Origin: Tubulanus polymorphus
Lineage: Eukaryota > Animalia > Nemertea
Reading direction: 5' to 3'
Assembly: GCF_964204645.1 (NCBI RefSeq)
Contig: NC_134031.1
Span: 5,766,001 to 5,830,000, forward strand
DNA: 64,000 nucleotides
Shown: in pieces, positions 61,709 to 64,000 of the stretch
How positions within the stretch are numbered: the stretch's first letter is position 1
Layout: every line of letters begins with the position of its first letter
The notes under the pieces: generated by a model
Databases searched by the model: none
Seen by the model: only the letters and a program-made list of their open reading frames with translations
Told to the model about the DNA's origin: nothing
Program-made: the position numbers and the translations under genes

Positions 61709-64000
61709 AAAAATTCACTTGATAATGGATGACTGTTCATTTGAAATAAAAAATGAAAATTGTATCCAAATTTCGAAATCCCCCCCCCCAATTTTTTTCA
61801 AACTGAGTTTTTGGAGGGAATTTTTCAGGGCAAGAATTTAGGGGGTTCGTTCGCTACCCCCAAACCCCTTCCCCTCGGCACGGGGCTGATTACTTAGGAT
61901 TACAGAACTAGAACTCAACACTCAAAAGCCGAACAATGTGTACGCAGACGGATAGGTCAGCGTTTATTCCCCCATCTTCGTGGCAGCGACAGTTATATCA
62001 GTACCGGTGCTAATCCACATTCATCCTATACAGTCTCCGCAGAACGCAGGCACCACTCTCTCTCTCTCTCTGTCAGAGCACACAGTGGCGGAAGACGAAA
62101 TGTCAATCCCTATTGAAAAACGTCAAGGTACCGGAAATTTTGACATCGCTGAAATAATGAGAGGCATCCGCAGAAAAGCCGACATTCGCCGCGCGTGATA
62201 TCGCCTTCATCTCTGATCTGCACGTTCTAACCTTGGATTTGTTATCATTCTAACTTCTAACGGATTGATTGATCGCGCTCCGAGCTTCTGTTCGTGGAAC
62301 GTTAGCATAATATATCAAATATAATTCATAAAAAGTAGAGGTTAGCCTGTGACGCATCTATTCGGTTTTCTCACGGACTTCACGCAATTTATGGCGCCGC
62401 TTGTTAGCCCGAAAAAATGTCCATTGTTGTCGATGTAAGGAAAATCTCTTATTTGCTCGCAATTTCTTTAGGATTACGCGTATAGATGGTAACGGCTAAG
62501 GGGCTATCCACCCGTACGTACATATCGATTATGAAACGTATCGGTATCTGTAGTAGGTATCTATTCCTGCTCCAGATGATTTATAGCGTCTCACATCTGC
62601 AATCTAATTTCGGGTGTCATTGCGAAAATTCAAAACTGTTCATGTATGGGGAGCTCAGCAGGAAGAAACTGCCACAGCGGACAGAATCACAAGGAACTAA
62701 TAGGATCGTATGGGAGGTCGTGAGTGCCGCAGAATGAAAGAAGCTTCAATTAGGATTCAAGTCATCCTTGTGTGGAAAGTACATAAATCAGGGGCGGATC
62801 CAGTATTTTGTCGGGGTGGGGGAGGGGGTCCTGGGACCATAGGCACACGGACTGAATTTGAATAACACTATTTTCCAGAATTTTTTTTCAGCATGTATTT
62901 GTACTTGCACGGGGACTTGTTGGAAAAATGCTCTCTTTTGGCCACCGAGGGGGTTCTGACCCCATGATCCCCCTGTATCCCAAACCTGTAAACAACAGAA
63001 AGAAACTGTTATTATCATGATTTAACAAATATTGGGTGGTGAGGTCGGAGCACAACACTAACAGACCCCTGGCGTGGGGTTTCGACGAACCGGCCAAAAT
63101 CCGAAGAAGGAACGTATTTGAAAAATGAATTTTCAGAAATTGAATAAGATCTTGGACTTGTCCTATGTACTCCCGGTGCGATAGGACAACAGGTACTGAC
63201 TGGCATTGGACTTCTTAGGTAGCCAAGAACTGCATTTGCCATCACAACGCGACGTTTTACGTCTCAAAGAGGCCCACAATAGAGATCCGAATTTTAAAGA
63301 AAACGAACTACCCATAAAATCAGTCACGTTAGGTACGGGCCTGAATAACTTAGGATTGAAACCATCGATAGACGAGTGGGGCGGATAGTAACCACAATAG
63401 GGATCTGTCCCTATCGGTCTGCGTGAGATTAGATTTTTTTGTAAGTAATTTGATACGAACTGTGACGTCTTAGATTTGATGTTTGACCGCTTAAAGTGCG
63501 ATGGCATGCATGATATGCGCGGTGTCATCGAATCGTAAAATTCAGAATGAAAATAGAATTCCGCAACTGCACAATAACACATTTACTATCGCAATCGGAT
63601 GATACGAGTTCGATTCTAGGAATTCTAGGAATTCAACTGGAATGCGATTGAATACGTAGAATTAGCACGCTTCATAATTTCTGTTGTAATGAGCTCGATG
63701 TATTACCATAGCTCGATATGCTATGGTTATTGCGGTGAAAGCGGTGGATACCACTGTTGTGGTTTAGTTATGGCACGATCTGTCCACACATCATCAGCAT
63801 GAACGTGTACGTCGACTACAGTTGAATTGTATAATAAACATTTAATGATTTACTGGATTCTGGAGATTTACTCTCATTAGATTCTGAACACCACAGACCT
63901 CAACACATAATTATATAGCTTTGACTGGCCAAGGATGTTGCTACTTTGGACTGTTTCTAGAGCAGACTTGGATATTGTAATGCGGAGTATTGTTAAGTGT

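Noticed and set aside
63015-63582. Minus-strand ORFs with ANAVLGYLR, reminiscent of LINE ORF2
   Set aside because: The similarity is too short and flanking RT motifs are not recognisable.

Overview
Eukaryotic (animal) genomic DNA with AT-rich introns, GT-AG splice sites and many MITEs; probably a lophotrochozoan invertebrate, though that is an inference. Most real genes are spliced and are missed or fragmented by the ORF track, so I rebuilt them by hand from splice sites and reading-frame phase. From left to right: (1) the first three exons of TFIIH subunit p44 (GTF2H2) on the minus strand, head-to-head across about 210 bp with (2) a 14-exon SLC5/SGLT-family sodium:sugar symporter (718 aa) whose 3' end is tandemly duplicated; (3) an intronless, divergent class A GPCR; (4) a small two-exon gene with a CRE+TATA promoter encoding a 119-aa protein with three RRN[A/G]-hydrophobic PKA pseudosubstrate motifs, a candidate cAMP-induced multivalent PKA inhibitor; (5) tRNA-Met(CAT); (6) a ~2,240-aa type II membrane protein (cytoplasmic FDNPIY, TM, SEA with GSVIV, Thr-rich stalk, Frizzled CRD, 40 LDLa repeats, no protease domain) with three candidate alternative first exons; (7) a convergent FNDC4/5 (irisin)-like FN3-TM gene. 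Repeats include several MITE families, a Tc1-like remnant, LINE tails, and palindromic elements carrying minimal hammerhead ribozyme motifs, some next to tRNA-like Pol III heads. The top candidates for undescribed biology are (4), (6) and the hammerhead elements. No database searches were run; family assignments come from motif recognition.
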